From Candidatus Woesearchaeota archaeon (lineage in GTDB: Archaea; Nanobdellota; Nanobdellia; SCGC-AAA011-G17; UBA489), in the NCBI GenBank assembly GCA_964366415.1, contig CAYITG010000001.1, positions 515,203-579,202 on the forward strand: DNA of 64,000 nucleotides, written 5' to 3'. The notes beneath the pieces were generated by a model. It worked only from the letters and a program-made list of their open reading frames with translations, was not told the origin of the DNA and searched no databases. Below, in pieces: positions 1 to 9,662 of the stretch (its first letter is position 1; every line of letters starts with the position of its first letter). Position numbers and translations under genes: made by a program.

Positions 1-1335
1 CATGACTTCATCTTTCTTGAGTTTCATGTCTGGCAATACTTTTCTCAACACATTCATGGCAGCTTCTTTTGCTAATGCTTCTAAGTCTGCACCTACAAAC
101 CCATGCGTTATTTCGGCAAGATGTTCTAGATTAACATCTTTTGTCAAGGGCATGTTTCTTGTATGGATCTTTAAAATTTTCAATCGACCTGCCTTGTTCG
201 GAACACCAATGGAAATTTCACGATCAAAACGACCAGGTCTTCGTAATGCTGGATCTAATGAATTTGGTCTGTTGGTTGCTCCAATGACAATCACTTTACC
301 GCGCGATTTCAACCCATCCATGACCGTTAACATTTGAGACACCATTCTTCGTTCTACTTCTCCATAGGTTTCTTCTCTCTTGGGAGCGATGGCATCAATT
401 TCATCAATGAAAATAATGGATGGCGCGTTCTTTTCTGCATCTTCGAATAAGTCTCGAATGCGTTTTTCTGTTTCACCATAGAACTTTGATGTGAGTTCTG
501 GACCGTTGACTAAAAAGAAATTTGCATCTGATTCATTCGCAACTGCTTTCGCTAACAATGTTTTACCGCAGCCTGGAGGGCCATACAACAATACTCCTTT
601 GGGCGGTTCCACGCCTAAACGTTCGAAGATTTCTGGATTCTTTAAGGGCAGTTCTACCATTTCACGAATCTTTGTCATTTCTTCATCTAAACCGCCAATG
701 TCTTCATACGTGACTTCGGGAATTTTTTCGTCTTTAATTTCCACAGCTTTGCTGGAAATACTTAATTCTGTATTTTCTGTGATGATTAAGGTGGATCCTT
801 TAGGATTTGTATCAGCTACGATGAATTTCAAACTTCCAAAACCAAAGTTTCCCATGAAATCTTCCATCATGTCAAAACTGAAAATGTCTTCAAACGGAGA
901 ACCTGCTAACGTGCGTTTACGTCTTCGTGTGCCACCTAACGAAAGAATATCTCCTTTGACTACTGCTCGGCCAAGCAATCCTTGTTTGAAAATGGCTGGG
1001 TTCGCTTGAATCATGACGCCTTGCTGTGCAGGCGCAATAGTAATTGATTTTGCTTCATGCACTTCTGCTTTCTTGACTTTGATGTTTTCTCCAATACCTG
1101 TTTTTGCATTTCTACGAATAATTCCATCCATACGAATAATCGCTTGACCAATATCTGAAGGATAGGCGCGATCGACAATACCGACGGTTTTTCTTCCGCC
1201 TTCTATTTCAATAATATCACCTGGTTTGACCTCTATCTGACGCATTGTTTGACTATCAATTCTGACGATGCCTTTGTATGCCTCTTCCTGCAAGGCTTCT
1301 TGTACTTTGAGAACAACTGGTTTTGTGTCTTTCAT
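1..1335 (-). CDS. cdc48: CDC48/VCP-like AAA+ ATPase, N-terminal double-psi barrel plus first AAA domain; partial, 3' end lies beyond window start
   Basis: Minus-strand translation gives [18 protein letters not shown]..., then Walker [21 protein letters not shown] and ...[14 protein letters not shown]...[27 protein letters not shown] lies 9 nt upstream of the ATG at 1335. The plus-strand ORFs 2..337 and 491..1009 are its antisense shadows. Confidence 0.8.
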   Translation of the reverse strand, partial: MKDTKPVVLKVQEALQEEAYKGIVRIDSQTMRQIEVKPGDIIEIEGGRKTVGIVDRAYPSDIGQAIIRMDGIIRRNAKTGIGENIKVKKAEVHEAKSITIAPAQQGVMIQANPAIFKQGLLGRAVVKGDILSLGGTRRRKRTLAGSPFEDIFSFDMMEDFMGNFGFGSLKFIVADTNPKGSTLIITENTELSISSKAVEIKDEKIPEVTYEDIGGLDEEMTKIREMVELPLKNPEIFERLGVEPPKGVLLYGPPGCGKTLLAKAVANESDANFFLVNGPELTSKFYGETEKRIRDLFEDAEKNAPSIIFIDEIDAIAPKREETYGEVERRMVSQMLTVMDGLKSRGKVIVIGATNRPNSLDPALRRPGRFDREISIGVPNKAGRLKILKIHTRNMPLTKDVNLEHLAEITHGFVGADLEALAKEAAMNVLRKVLPDMKLKKDEVM

Positions 1336-1363
1336 TGCTGCTTACTCCTTCGCTGCTTTCCTT

Positions 1364-1729
1364 TTATAAAAGCCTTTTCATCCTCTTGCTGAAAAAAATG
1401 CTTAATTTATCTGGCTCTTCCAAGGCCATGCGGATCATATGATCCATTTGCTCCATCTCTTTTCTCATCTCTTCTTCAAATTCTATAATTTCTCTTGGGA
1501 TCGAGACCGTATAGGAATTTCCCACCAGCCTTAACTTGACTTGAAATTGCTTGTTATGGAGTTGCTTGAAATTTTCAAAGTCTTGTCTGTCTAAGGGATG
1601 CTCCCACGCCTTATGACACGATGGGCACTCGGCTGATCTGAAGGGAAATCCTTCTCGGTCTGTTGTTTTCTTGATTGTTTCCGTATGACATGTGTCACAC
1701 ATGATCGTTGTATCGAATATATCAGCCAT
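1364..1729 (-). CDS. small Zn-ribbon protein with AbrB/SpoVT-like swapped-hairpin domain
   Basis: Internal start MADIF... at 1729. Motifs: CDTCHTE...CPSCHK, then VKLRLVGNSYTVSIPREI (AbrB-like). The longer ORF to 1825 is probably a 5' over-extension. Confidence 0.45.
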   Translation of the reverse strand: MADIFDTTIMCDTCHTETIKKTTDREGFPFRSAECPSCHKAWEHPLDRQDFENFKQLHNKQFQVKLRLVGNSYTVSIPREIIEFEEEMRKEMEQMDHMIRMALEEPDKLSIFFSKRMKRLL

Positions 1730-1919
1730 TGTGTATACTCTTTCGTATACATATCTTGTATATAAATGTTTCTGGAGAGGGGGCTTTGCACAAAAAGGAG
1801 ATATTTTTACGGTTTTTTGAGGCATACCCTTATAAAGAGATAGTTTCTTATAATTTTAAACAAAGACGTTTATTTGAATTCGTCTGTGAATATATAAACA
1901 AACAATATGGAGAAATAAA

Positions 1920-2117
1920 ATGGCATTTGGTCAGAGACGAGGCGGCGGAGGTTTCGGTGGAAACAGAGACTTCGGTGGACCTCGCGAGATGCATAAGGCA
2001 ACCTGTTCCGACTGTGGACAAGAATGTGAAGTTCCTTTTAAGCCCAGCAATGACGCTCAAGGAAATGCACGTCCTGTGTACTGTAAGAACTGTTATCCTA
2101 AACACAAGAAGTTCTAA
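1920..2117 (+). CDS. Gly-rich small zinc-ribbon protein (CxxC...CxxC)
   Basis: MAFGQRRGGGGFGGNRDFGG...CSDCGQEC...YCKNCYPKHKKF. Strong SD (GGAG) 7 nt upstream. A T-rich tract follows the stop. Confidence 0.5.
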   Translation: MAFGQRRGGGGFGGNRDFGGPREMHKATCSDCGQECEVPFKPSNDAQGNARPVYCKNCYPKHKKF

Positions 2118-2163
2118 TTCTTAAACTTCGCAATTTTACTTTTTCTAACTTTTTTTTCTTTTT

Positions 2164-2493
2164 TTATGCAAAGAGATAGTTGGAATCATCTAACGCTTCA
2201 TCAATTTCTAGGCGTAACATGAAATACTTAAGACGATTATCCCCATTGAGCCATCCTGGGAAGAATGAGGGTGGGCAGTAATGATCTTCGTAGTCTTTTC
2301 GTAAAATGCTATAAAGCCGATCTGCATCCCTCTCTATCGGAGACATGTGCTGGCCTTCTTGTAAAATTTTGATATGCCTGCGTACATGAGATCCGATATG
2401 CTTATCAAATTCACTATTGTACCATCTATTGATTGTGTTACACTCTATTTCGTGAAGTATTGCTTCAATTCTTCTTATCGTTCTTCCTAGCAT
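2164..2493 (-). CDS. hypothetical protein
   Basis: 109-aa ORF with no recognisable motif; coding-like codon usage. Confidence 0.35.
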   Translation of the reverse strand: MLGRTIRRIEAILHEIECNTINRWYNSEFDKHIGSHVRRHIKILQEGQHMSPIERDADRLYSILRKDYEDHYCPPSFFPGWLNGDNRLKYFMLRLEIDEALDDSNYLFA

Positions 2494-2552
2494 ATCATAC
2501 TTTTATTTTATTAACCTTTAATAAAGATTAAGTAAAGCATATAAGGAAATTT

Positions 2553-3176
2553 ATGTTGAGCATTATTATGGGCCTTTCTTCTTTTCTTGGTGAGTTGCAG
2601 AAAGAAATGATGATTCTTTATGGGAAAGGTGGAAGTGGGAAAACAACCTTAGCCTTGCAATTAGCCTTAACTCTGGCGCGAGAAAAGAAAAAAACGCTCT
2701 TTCTCGATACTGAGGGAGGATTTCACCTTGAACGCTTTCAACAGATGGCTGGGGATGAGTGGGAAACCTTACTTGATATGATTGTTGTTGTGAAAGCGCA
2801 CAGCTTTCTTGAACAGTATGAACGCATCAATAGCATGGTTGCCCTTGCGCCGAAGATGGGGTTGGTTGTTGTTGATACGTTAGGACATTGGTATCGCCAA
2901 GAACTGAAGAAAGATGCAACATCTGCGAATAATTTGATGGATCGACAATTACATTTTTTATTTGAAATTTCCAAAAAAACTCCCGTGTTATTGAATAATC
3001 AAGTGTATGAAGACATCACTAAAAATAAAGTTGCAAGCGTTGGCGGGAATATGGTATTAAAATGGTGTCAAAAGATCATTGAACTTCAGAAAGATCCACG
3101 CATGATGGTTATGCATAAACCTGAAGAAAAAAAACAATCATTCGACATTGTTCATGATGGAATTATTTTTTCTTAA
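2553..3176 (+). CDS. radB: RadB/KaiC-like RecA-superfamily ATPase
   Basis: Walker A ILYGKGGSGKTTLALQLA; ~207 aa, typical of archaeal RadB. Confidence 0.7.
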   Translation: MLSIIMGLSSFLGELQKEMMILYGKGGSGKTTLALQLALTLAREKKKTLFLDTEGGFHLERFQQMAGDEWETLLDMIVVVKAHSFLEQYERINSMVALAPKMGLVVVDTLGHWYRQELKKDATSANNLMDRQLHFLFEISKKTPVLLNNQVYEDITKNKVASVGGNMVLKWCQKIIELQKDPRMMVMHKPEEKKQSFDIVHDGIIFS

Positions 3177-3232
3177 CTATGATTATGAAGATAAACGCAA
3201 TATTTATAACTCTTTCACAATAACTAGCCTTT

Positions 3233-3529
3233 ATGACAGATACACCTTCAGGATTAGATCATGTTGTTGCCATTGTGCAACGTTCTGAGTTAGATGAAGT
3301 CGTACGTGTACGAGCTGTTCAGGCTCTGCGCAGCCATGCTGAAGAATTGGATAATCTTTTTACCGGGCTTCATTTTAAAGCACCAACCGCACTTCCTGAA
3401 TTTGCAGAAGAATTTGCACGTTACAGTCTAAGTGTCATGCAACCAGTTTTATTAGAATATAAAATTCCCATACCTACTGGTCGAAAAGTTTACTCCAGCA
3501 TTTATGAATCAATTTGTGGCAAAAATTAA
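3233..3529 (+). CDS. hypothetical protein
   Basis: 98-aa ORF, slightly higher GC than neighbours; overlaps the convergent topA stop by 4 nt. Confidence 0.3.
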   Translation: MTDTPSGLDHVVAIVQRSELDEVVRVRAVQALRSHAEELDNLFTGLHFKAPTALPEFAEEFARYSLSVMQPVLLEYKIPIPTGRKVYSSIYESICGKN

Positions 3530-5628
3530 GTTTCTTTTTCAGCCTTAGCTGCTTGTTTTTGCTTTTCTTCTTGTTTCTTCAACCATTCTTCTTTTAATGG
3601 ACAGATTTTGTTAATACAAAAATTCCAAGGGCGCTTTCCTGCACGAATGACTAAGACGATAGGATGTTTGCATGCTTCGCATGTTTTATCTGTTGTCTTG
3701 ATTAAGCCATTGCTTGGAAGACTATAGAGATTTGTGCATTTCGGATAGGCGGAACAGCCAACGAAGTATGATTTGAACTTACGTGCTCGACGAATCATTA
3801 ATGTTCCTTCTTTGCATTTTGGACATGGTCCAACCGTATTAGCAACTCTGTTTGTTTCGCGCGTTGCCTCTAATAATCCTTCTCCAACTTTCTTTTCATG
3901 CACTCTAAAGCGCTCAAGAATTTTCTTTAACTCATCTTTTGCTTCCGATAATATCTCTGTTTCATTTTTTTTATGTTCTCGAATCTGTTCCATTTCTTCT
4001 TCGAAATGACGTGTTAATTGCTCATCAATGATTTCAGGGCAGTATTTCTTTAATGTTGTAATAGTTGCTATTCCTAATTGCGTTGCTTCTATGGATTTTT
4101 CTGCAATATAATTGCGTTGATATAAAGTATCGATAATAGAAGCACGTGTCGCTTTTGTTCCTAATTCTAATGTTTCCAATTGCTTGATTAATGATGCTTC
4201 TGTGTATCTTTTAGGTGGTTGTGTTTCTTTTTCAAGGGACTCTGTTTTGGGAGTCTTTAGTTGTTGTTTTTCTTTGAGACGAGGAATTTCTTCGTCTTTG
4301 AATCCAGCGTAATTGCCGTAGAACGTATGCCAGCCTGGAACTGTGGTGATGGTTCCTTTTGCAATGAAGATTTCATTGTTGACATCTATTTCTGCAGATA
4401 TGGTTTTTCTTTTTGCTGGAGGAGCGAATGTTGCCAAGAATCTTCGCACAATAAGATCATAGAGTTTCAATGCTTTGTCTTTTAATGTTTTAATTTCGCC
4501 TGTGGGATAAATTGCCGGATGAGCAGGATCAGTTTTCTTTCCTTCATTTGGAACAGGATTGCCTTTCAGAAGTTCATGCGCTAAAGAAGAATATTCCACT
4601 TGCTTTGCTAATTGTTCGATGATTTTTTTATACTTAATAGAAGGAGGAAGTTTTTGAGATGAGGTACGTGGATAGGAAATAAATCCTGCCGTGTACAATT
4701 CTTGTGCAATCGATAGGGTATCTTTTGGTGAAATGCCGAAACAGCGATAGGATTCTGTTTGCAACGTTGTTAAATCAAAAGGTGTTGGGGGAGCTTGCGT
4801 GAATTCTGTTTCTTTGATTTTTGACACGATGGCCGGTTTGCCTTTCGTTTTCTTGAGGATCTCATCCACTCTTTTCTTATCAAAGATCTTATCTTCCTTA
4901 TGGTATGCAGTTGTTTCTTTTGTTTTTAATTCTATTTCCCAGAAAGGCTCTGGTTTGAATGCTTTGATTTCTTCTTCGCGATCAACCACTATTTTTAATG
5001 CAGGACCTTGTACACGACCAGCAGACATGACTTTAAAGGAACCTGCCGCTTTGATCGAGAGTGTTAATGCTCTGCTCATTGAGATGCCCCAAAAATAATC
5101 CATGAAATGACGTGTTTCTCCTGCTTTGATGTTTTCAAAATCCAAGTGAGGAGTAGCATTCTCATAGCTTTCTATGAGTTCGTCTTTTGTTAATGTGGAG
5201 AATTTCATGCGCTTGGCATCTTTTTGTTTTGCAATGAAACGGATGCAGTTAAATCCAATAACGGACCCTTCATCATCATAATCGCATGCAACAACGAAAG
5301 AATCTGCTTCTTTAGATATTTTTTTGAGAGCATCAAGGTATTTCTTTGAGAATTCAGATGCTTTCCTTACACTGTGCGCTTCGCGCCATTCGACATCAAA
5401 CACGGGATAATTCCAACCGTTTTTTTCTTTTTCAGCCAAAGTGAAGAGATGACCAACAGCACATCCGACCAAAATTTTCTTTCCTTTATGCTCTAATTCA
5501 TAGTAAGGAATTTTGTTGACATTCAATCTCTTTGCCTTTTTATCAGCGAGAGCTTCTGCTATTTTTTCTGCTGCGTTAGGCTTTTCTGCAATGATCAATT
5601 CATACTTCTCTTTGGCCATAGTTTTCAA
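3526..5628 (-). CDS. topA: DNA topoisomerase IA (Toprim plus C-terminal Zn ribbons)
   Basis: N-terminal Toprim LIIAEKPNAAEKIA...; central topo IA core; C-terminal CPKCKEGTLMIR...GCSAYPKC zinc ribbons. Confidence 0.85.
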   Translation of the reverse strand: MKTMAKEKYELIIAEKPNAAEKIAEALADKKAKRLNVNKIPYYELEHKGKKILVGCAVGHLFTLAEKEKNGWNYPVFDVEWREAHSVRKASEFSKKYLDALKKISKEADSFVVACDYDDEGSVIGFNCIRFIAKQKDAKRMKFSTLTKDELIESYENATPHLDFENIKAGETRHFMDYFWGISMSRALTLSIKAAGSFKVMSAGRVQGPALKIVVDREEEIKAFKPEPFWEIELKTKETTAYHKEDKIFDKKRVDEILKKTKGKPAIVSKIKETEFTQAPPTPFDLTTLQTESYRCFGISPKDTLSIAQELYTAGFISYPRTSSQKLPPSIKYKKIIEQLAKQVEYSSLAHELLKGNPVPNEGKKTDPAHPAIYPTGEIKTLKDKALKLYDLIVRRFLATFAPPAKRKTISAEIDVNNEIFIAKGTITTVPGWHTFYGNYAGFKDEEIPRLKEKQQLKTPKTESLEKETQPPKRYTEASLIKQLETLELGTKATRASIIDTLYQRNYIAEKSIEATQLGIATITTLKKYCPEIIDEQLTRHFEEEMEQIREHKKNETEILSEAKDELKKILERFRVHEKKVGEGLLEATRETNRVANTVGPCPKCKEGTLMIRRARKFKSYFVGCSAYPKCTNLYSLPSNGLIKTTDKTCEACKHPIVLVIRAGKRPWNFCINKICPLKEEWLKKQEEKQKQAAKAEKET

Positions 5629-5699
5629 TCTCTATTTCATAACATATAAAAGTCTTTTGGATCAGATATCTTTAAGAATTTACCAGTATTTTCTTTTTT

Positions 5700-6392
5700 A
5701 TGGATTTGAAAGGAAAAATCGTTGTGATCACTGGAGCAAGCAGAGGTATTGGAAAAGCTTTAGCTCAGAGATTTGCACGTGAAGGATCTAACCTTGTGCT
5801 TTGTGCTCGAACGAAAAATCATTTGGAACAAACAAAAAAAGAATGTGAGAAGTATAATGTAAGATGTATTCCCGTTGTTGCTGATGTTATTAAGAAAGAA
5901 GATGTGAAAAAAGTGGTACAAACCGCACTAAAAACATTTGGAAAGATCGATCTTTTAATAAATAATGCTGGATTTGCAGTTTACAAACCACTCATTGAAA
6001 CTAGCGAAGAAGAACTTGACAAAACGTTGGATGTTAATGTAAGAGGACCGTTTCTTTTTAGCAAAGAAGTTCTTCCTATCATGGAAAAACAGAAAGAGGG
6101 TGTTATTATAACTGTAAGCTCCAGTTCTGGAAAAAGAGGTATGGAAGGATTAACAGTCTATTGCGCTTCCAAGTTTGCAGTTGAAGGGTTTACTCAAAGT
6201 CTTGCTCAAGAAGTGCATTATGCAAAAGTTTGTACTGTCTGTCCTGGGCCTGTGAATACTCCGATGTATAGAGACAACTCTCCTGGGGAAGATTATAGCA
6301 AGATTGACCAACCAGAAGATATTGCAGAACGTGTGATGAAGATTATTCAAAAAGGCATTGAGAACGGCGCTTCGTATAATGTGTGGAGTTAG
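5700..6392 (+). CDS. short-chain dehydrogenase/reductase (SDR) family oxidoreductase
   Basis: VVITGASRGIGKALA Rossmann motif; YxxxK-like active site (YCASK). Confidence 0.8.
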   Translation: MDLKGKIVVITGASRGIGKALAQRFAREGSNLVLCARTKNHLEQTKKECEKYNVRCIPVVADVIKKEDVKKVVQTALKTFGKIDLLINNAGFAVYKPLIETSEEELDKTLDVNVRGPFLFSKEVLPIMEKQKEGVIITVSSSSGKRGMEGLTVYCASKFAVEGFTQSLAQEVHYAKVCTVCPGPVNTPMYRDNSPGEDYSKIDQPEDIAERVMKIIQKGIENGASYNVWS

Positions 6393-6997
6393 ATTTCAAT
6401 AATTTTTCCTTTCTTTCCTACATTTAACACGCGTGTCTTCCCAATTTTTTCTTCTATGCCCTCGGCTTCATGTACGTGACCACAAATCAAGATATCTGGC
6501 TGGAATTCTTTGATTGCCCTTGTTAGCCCTTTGCTTCCCTTCACAAAGTGAGAAAATTTTTCCATCATCGAGTCTGCAGGATGAATGTGCGTCACCATAA
6601 TTTTCTTTGGTGCATCTTTTATTCTTTCAAATCCTTTCTTTAATGTTTCAAAGAGCTCATCATCTGTCAATTGCGTTAATCCAACATCAGCTCCACCGCA
6701 TCCAAAGATGCCCACGTCCTTGTACCTGACTGCGTAGCCATGAAGATTGGTGATATTATACATTTCAGCCAAGAAATCTGTTGTAGCAATCGTTTCGTGA
6801 TTACCTGGCACCATAAAAACACGTTTCTTTTTTTCTACAAAGGGGCCTATGATTCCTTGAATTCGATCTTCTTCAACAATATCTCCATTCAAAATAACTA
6901 AGGAAACATTTTCTTTGTCTGCTTGTTCTGCTAATTTCTTTGCAAGAGAAGTATCACTATGGAAATCACCAGCTGCAAGAATCTTGAGTTTTGACAT
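6389..6997 (-). CDS. calcineurin-like metallophosphoesterase
   Basis: GDFHSD...GNHE...GHVHE motifs. Confidence 0.75.
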   Translation of the reverse strand: MSKLKILAAGDFHSDTSLAKKLAEQADKENVSLVILNGDIVEEDRIQGIIGPFVEKKKRVFMVPGNHETIATTDFLAEMYNITNLHGYAVRYKDVGIFGCGGADVGLTQLTDDELFETLKKGFERIKDAPKKIMVTHIHPADSMMEKFSHFVKGSKGLTRAIKEFQPDILICGHVHEAEGIEEKIGKTRVLNVGKKGKIIEI

Positions 6998-7020
6998 TTT
7001 AAGAGATAAAGATCTTATGA

Positions 7021-7572
7021 TTATAAGGCTTTCTCAGGCATGCTCAATGAAGCAATCAAAGCGCATACTGAAGAAATAAACATGATTGTTAATAATGTAT
7101 GAAATCCAAAATATTTTACAACTAATCCGCCGCTAATACTTGCTGCGGCTGTGACGATGTACCACATTGCTTCCCACTCACTCCATACTGATACTCTTTT
7201 TCCTTTTTCCATTTTCTTAGAATACAATGCGCTAAGTGCTGGAGATCGCACAGCAATGCTGATTCCTAAGAGTGCTTGGACAATAAAGAGATGATATACA
7301 TTTGTGACAAAGATATATCCTAAAAATCCAAGCGCTGAGAAAAAATATCCTAGGATAATTAGTTTCTTCAGATGTTTTTGATGATCTTCCCACCGGCCTA
7401 GAATAAAAACTAAAATTCCTGTTGCCATCATGAATGCTGCTGTTGACCCTGTTGTTACTAAAATTCCTCCGCCCACTTCCTCAACATAGATTGCATAGAT
7501 AGGAGACAGCATACCAAATGCCAAAATAATAAATGCTTGAGAAATGAGAATGAATCTTTGAATACTATTCAT
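7021..7572 (-). CDS. membrane protein, MFS-like half-transporter
   Basis: ~6 predicted TM helices; MFS-like loop motifs. Confidence 0.45.
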   Translation of the reverse strand: MNSIQRFILISQAFIILAFGMLSPIYAIYVEEVGGGILVTTGSTAAFMMATGILVFILGRWEDHQKHLKKLIILGYFFSALGFLGYIFVTNVYHLFIVQALLGISIAVRSPALSALYSKKMEKGKRVSVWSEWEAMWYIVTAAASISGGLVVKYFGFHTLLTIMFISSVCALIASLSMPEKAL

Positions 7573-8864
7573 TTTTTACTTTTTGTTCCTTTTTCACGTT
7601 TGGCTTCGATCATCTTGAATCCTGTATACTTATGTAATACTGTTGGAATTTTTATGGAACCGTCTTTTTGTTGGAAATTTTCGATAATGGCTACAAGAAT
7701 CCTTGGTGTTGCTACAGCTGTTGAATTTAACATATGAACAAATCCACGTTCTTCGCCTTTTTGATAGCGAATATTTAATTTTCTTGCTTGATAGTCCAAA
7801 CAATTCGAACATGAGCCCATTTCTCTATATGCCTTTTGCGCAGGCATCCATGCTTCGATGTCATACTTCTTTGCTGCAGTATCATTGAGCTCTCCCGAAG
7901 CAATGTTGACAATTCTATATGGAATCTCAAGACCATCTATAATCTCTTCTGTATTCTTGATCAGCTCTTCATGAATCTTCCAGGAATCTTTAGGATGGCA
8001 GATGACAAATTGCTCTACTTTTCTAAATTCATGAACACGGAAGATTCCTTTCATATCTTTGCCATGCGCGCCAGCTTCACGTCTGAAACATTCTGAGAAG
8101 GCTACATATTTCATGGGCAATGCTTCCAATGTTTCATCTGAATGCAATGCTGCTACTGCATGTTCTGCTGTTGCAATCAGAAAAAGATTTTCTTTTTGAT
8201 CATGATACAATGTTTCTTCAAAATCTTGTAATTCTGCTGCGCCTTCAATGGCTTCTTTTTTTAATAAGTCCGGCGTTCTTAGAAAGGTATATCCTTTCTT
8301 TCTCAAGTGATCAATCGCATATTTGATGACTGCGAGTTCTAATTCTGCAAGTTCATTCTTCAAGTAATAGAATCTTGCCCCAGAAACTTTAGCTGCTCGT
8401 TCAAGATCTACCAGATCTAATTTTGTTATAATATCAACGTGTGATTTTACTTCAAATGAGGACTTTGCAATTGTTCCTTGTTTTTTTATTATTTTATTAA
8501 AGGATTCGTCTTTTCCTACTGGCACGGATGCATCTAAGATATTAGGTATTTTACGGAGTTTTTCATCCATACCCTTTTCCAAAAGGGTTGTTTCCTGCTC
8601 TTTTTTTGCTATCTTTTCAGGAATGGCCTTTACCTCATTGAGTACTTTAGAAGCATCTTTTTTTTCTTTTTTTAACTTATTAATCTGCTCAGAAAGAGTA
8701 TTGCGCGAATGACGTAAGTTATCAATTTCCAGCTTTATTTTTTTCCATTCTTGATACTCTTCAAGGAGCTCATCAACCATCCAAATACGATCAGACTTGA
8801 AACGCTTCTTCAAATCTTCTTTTACAATGTCGGGATGTGCAGTCACAAATTTGATATCGAGCAT
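7569..8864 (-). CDS. serS: seryl-tRNA synthetase
   Basis: MLDIKFVTAHPDIVKEDLKKR... N-terminal coiled coil; class II core (FRREAGAHGKD...). Confidence 0.9.
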   Translation of the reverse strand: MLDIKFVTAHPDIVKEDLKKRFKSDRIWMVDELLEEYQEWKKIKLEIDNLRHSRNTLSEQINKLKKEKKDASKVLNEVKAIPEKIAKKEQETTLLEKGMDEKLRKIPNILDASVPVGKDESFNKIIKKQGTIAKSSFEVKSHVDIITKLDLVDLERAAKVSGARFYYLKNELAELELAVIKYAIDHLRKKGYTFLRTPDLLKKEAIEGAAELQDFEETLYHDQKENLFLIATAEHAVAALHSDETLEALPMKYVAFSECFRREAGAHGKDMKGIFRVHEFRKVEQFVICHPKDSWKIHEELIKNTEEIIDGLEIPYRIVNIASGELNDTAAKKYDIEAWMPAQKAYREMGSCSNCLDYQARKLNIRYQKGEERGFVHMLNSTAVATPRILVAIIENFQQKDGSIKIPTVLHKYTGFKMIEAKREKGTKSKK

Positions 8865-9035
8865 ATGTCTTATGTTGATAGAGTTTATTTAAAGGTTTTG
8901 TGTGTGCAAAATGTTTGAGCAAAAGTGAGGAACTATGCGGCAAATGCTCATATATTGTGCAATATATATGTAGTAAGGCAAAGGTTTAAATATAAGTTAC
9001 CAGTTACACACTGCTATGCAAACGGGGGGAACCGA

Positions 9036-9311
9036 ATGAAGAAAAAAGAGAAAGAAATTTTCGAAGTTTTCTTTCGTAAAAAACCTGCGATGATGCTTGT
9101 TGCATTGCGTAATGGTAATAAAAATCGATATGGTAGCGTTCTTGCCAAAGAAGTTGATTGCACCTATTCTCATGCTGTGAAGATCTTACAGGAAATGCAA
9201 AGCGCCAATCTTGTTGATTTTGAAAAGAGCGGTCGCATCAAGACTGTTAAGCTTACCGAGAACGGACACCGTATTGCAGAACATATTGAAAAGATAAGAG
9301 ACTTATTATAG
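9036..9311 (+). CDS. winged-helix transcriptional regulator
   Basis: Internal start MKKKEKE at 9036 preceded by GGGGGGA. wHTH-like SVLAKEVDCTYSHAVKILQEMQSANLVDFEKSGR. Confidence 0.5.
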   Translation: MKKKEKEIFEVFFRKKPAMMLVALRNGNKNRYGSVLAKEVDCTYSHAVKILQEMQSANLVDFEKSGRIKTVKLTENGHRIAEHIEKIRDLL

Positions 9312-9313
9312 TT

Positions 9314-9619
9314 ATGACCTGGTATAATCCTCGTACGTGGTTTGGTCCTTCAGCAGAAGAACTTTCTCCTATTACTCTTTATTGCGCTAATCCTCAATGT
9401 GAAAACCCGGTTATTCATGATTCACGAATAGCCTATAGTGAAGAAGAACGAGAGATTTATCATCCTGGCGAGTGTCAGCTTTATGCCCTTGCACATAAAT
9501 GTTGGCAAGCCCCAAGCATCATGATGGGAAATTTTGAGATGATTGATAGAAATAAGGCCTTGCGTTTGGCTCATCGTGGCCAAATAAAAACAACGCAAGG
9601 ATTAGAAGCAAAATTATAA
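9314..9619 (+). CDS. Cys-rich hypothetical protein
   Basis: Tightly coupled to the upstream wHTH gene (stop 9311, start 9314); CANPQCEN...C...C. Confidence 0.4.
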   Translation: MTWYNPRTWFGPSAEELSPITLYCANPQCENPVIHDSRIAYSEEEREIYHPGECQLYALAHKCWQAPSIMMGNFEMIDRNKALRLAHRGQIKTTQGLEAKL

Positions 9620-9662
9620 GAGTATCCAAACTTATTTAAAATCATCTTCTCTGCCATTCTCT

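Noticed and set aside
2-1009. Plus-strand ORFs 2..337 and 491..1009
   Set aside because: Antisense shadows of the minus-strand CDC48/VCP gene. The minus-strand translation gives clear AAA+ Walker motifs, while the plus-strand products are low-complexity.
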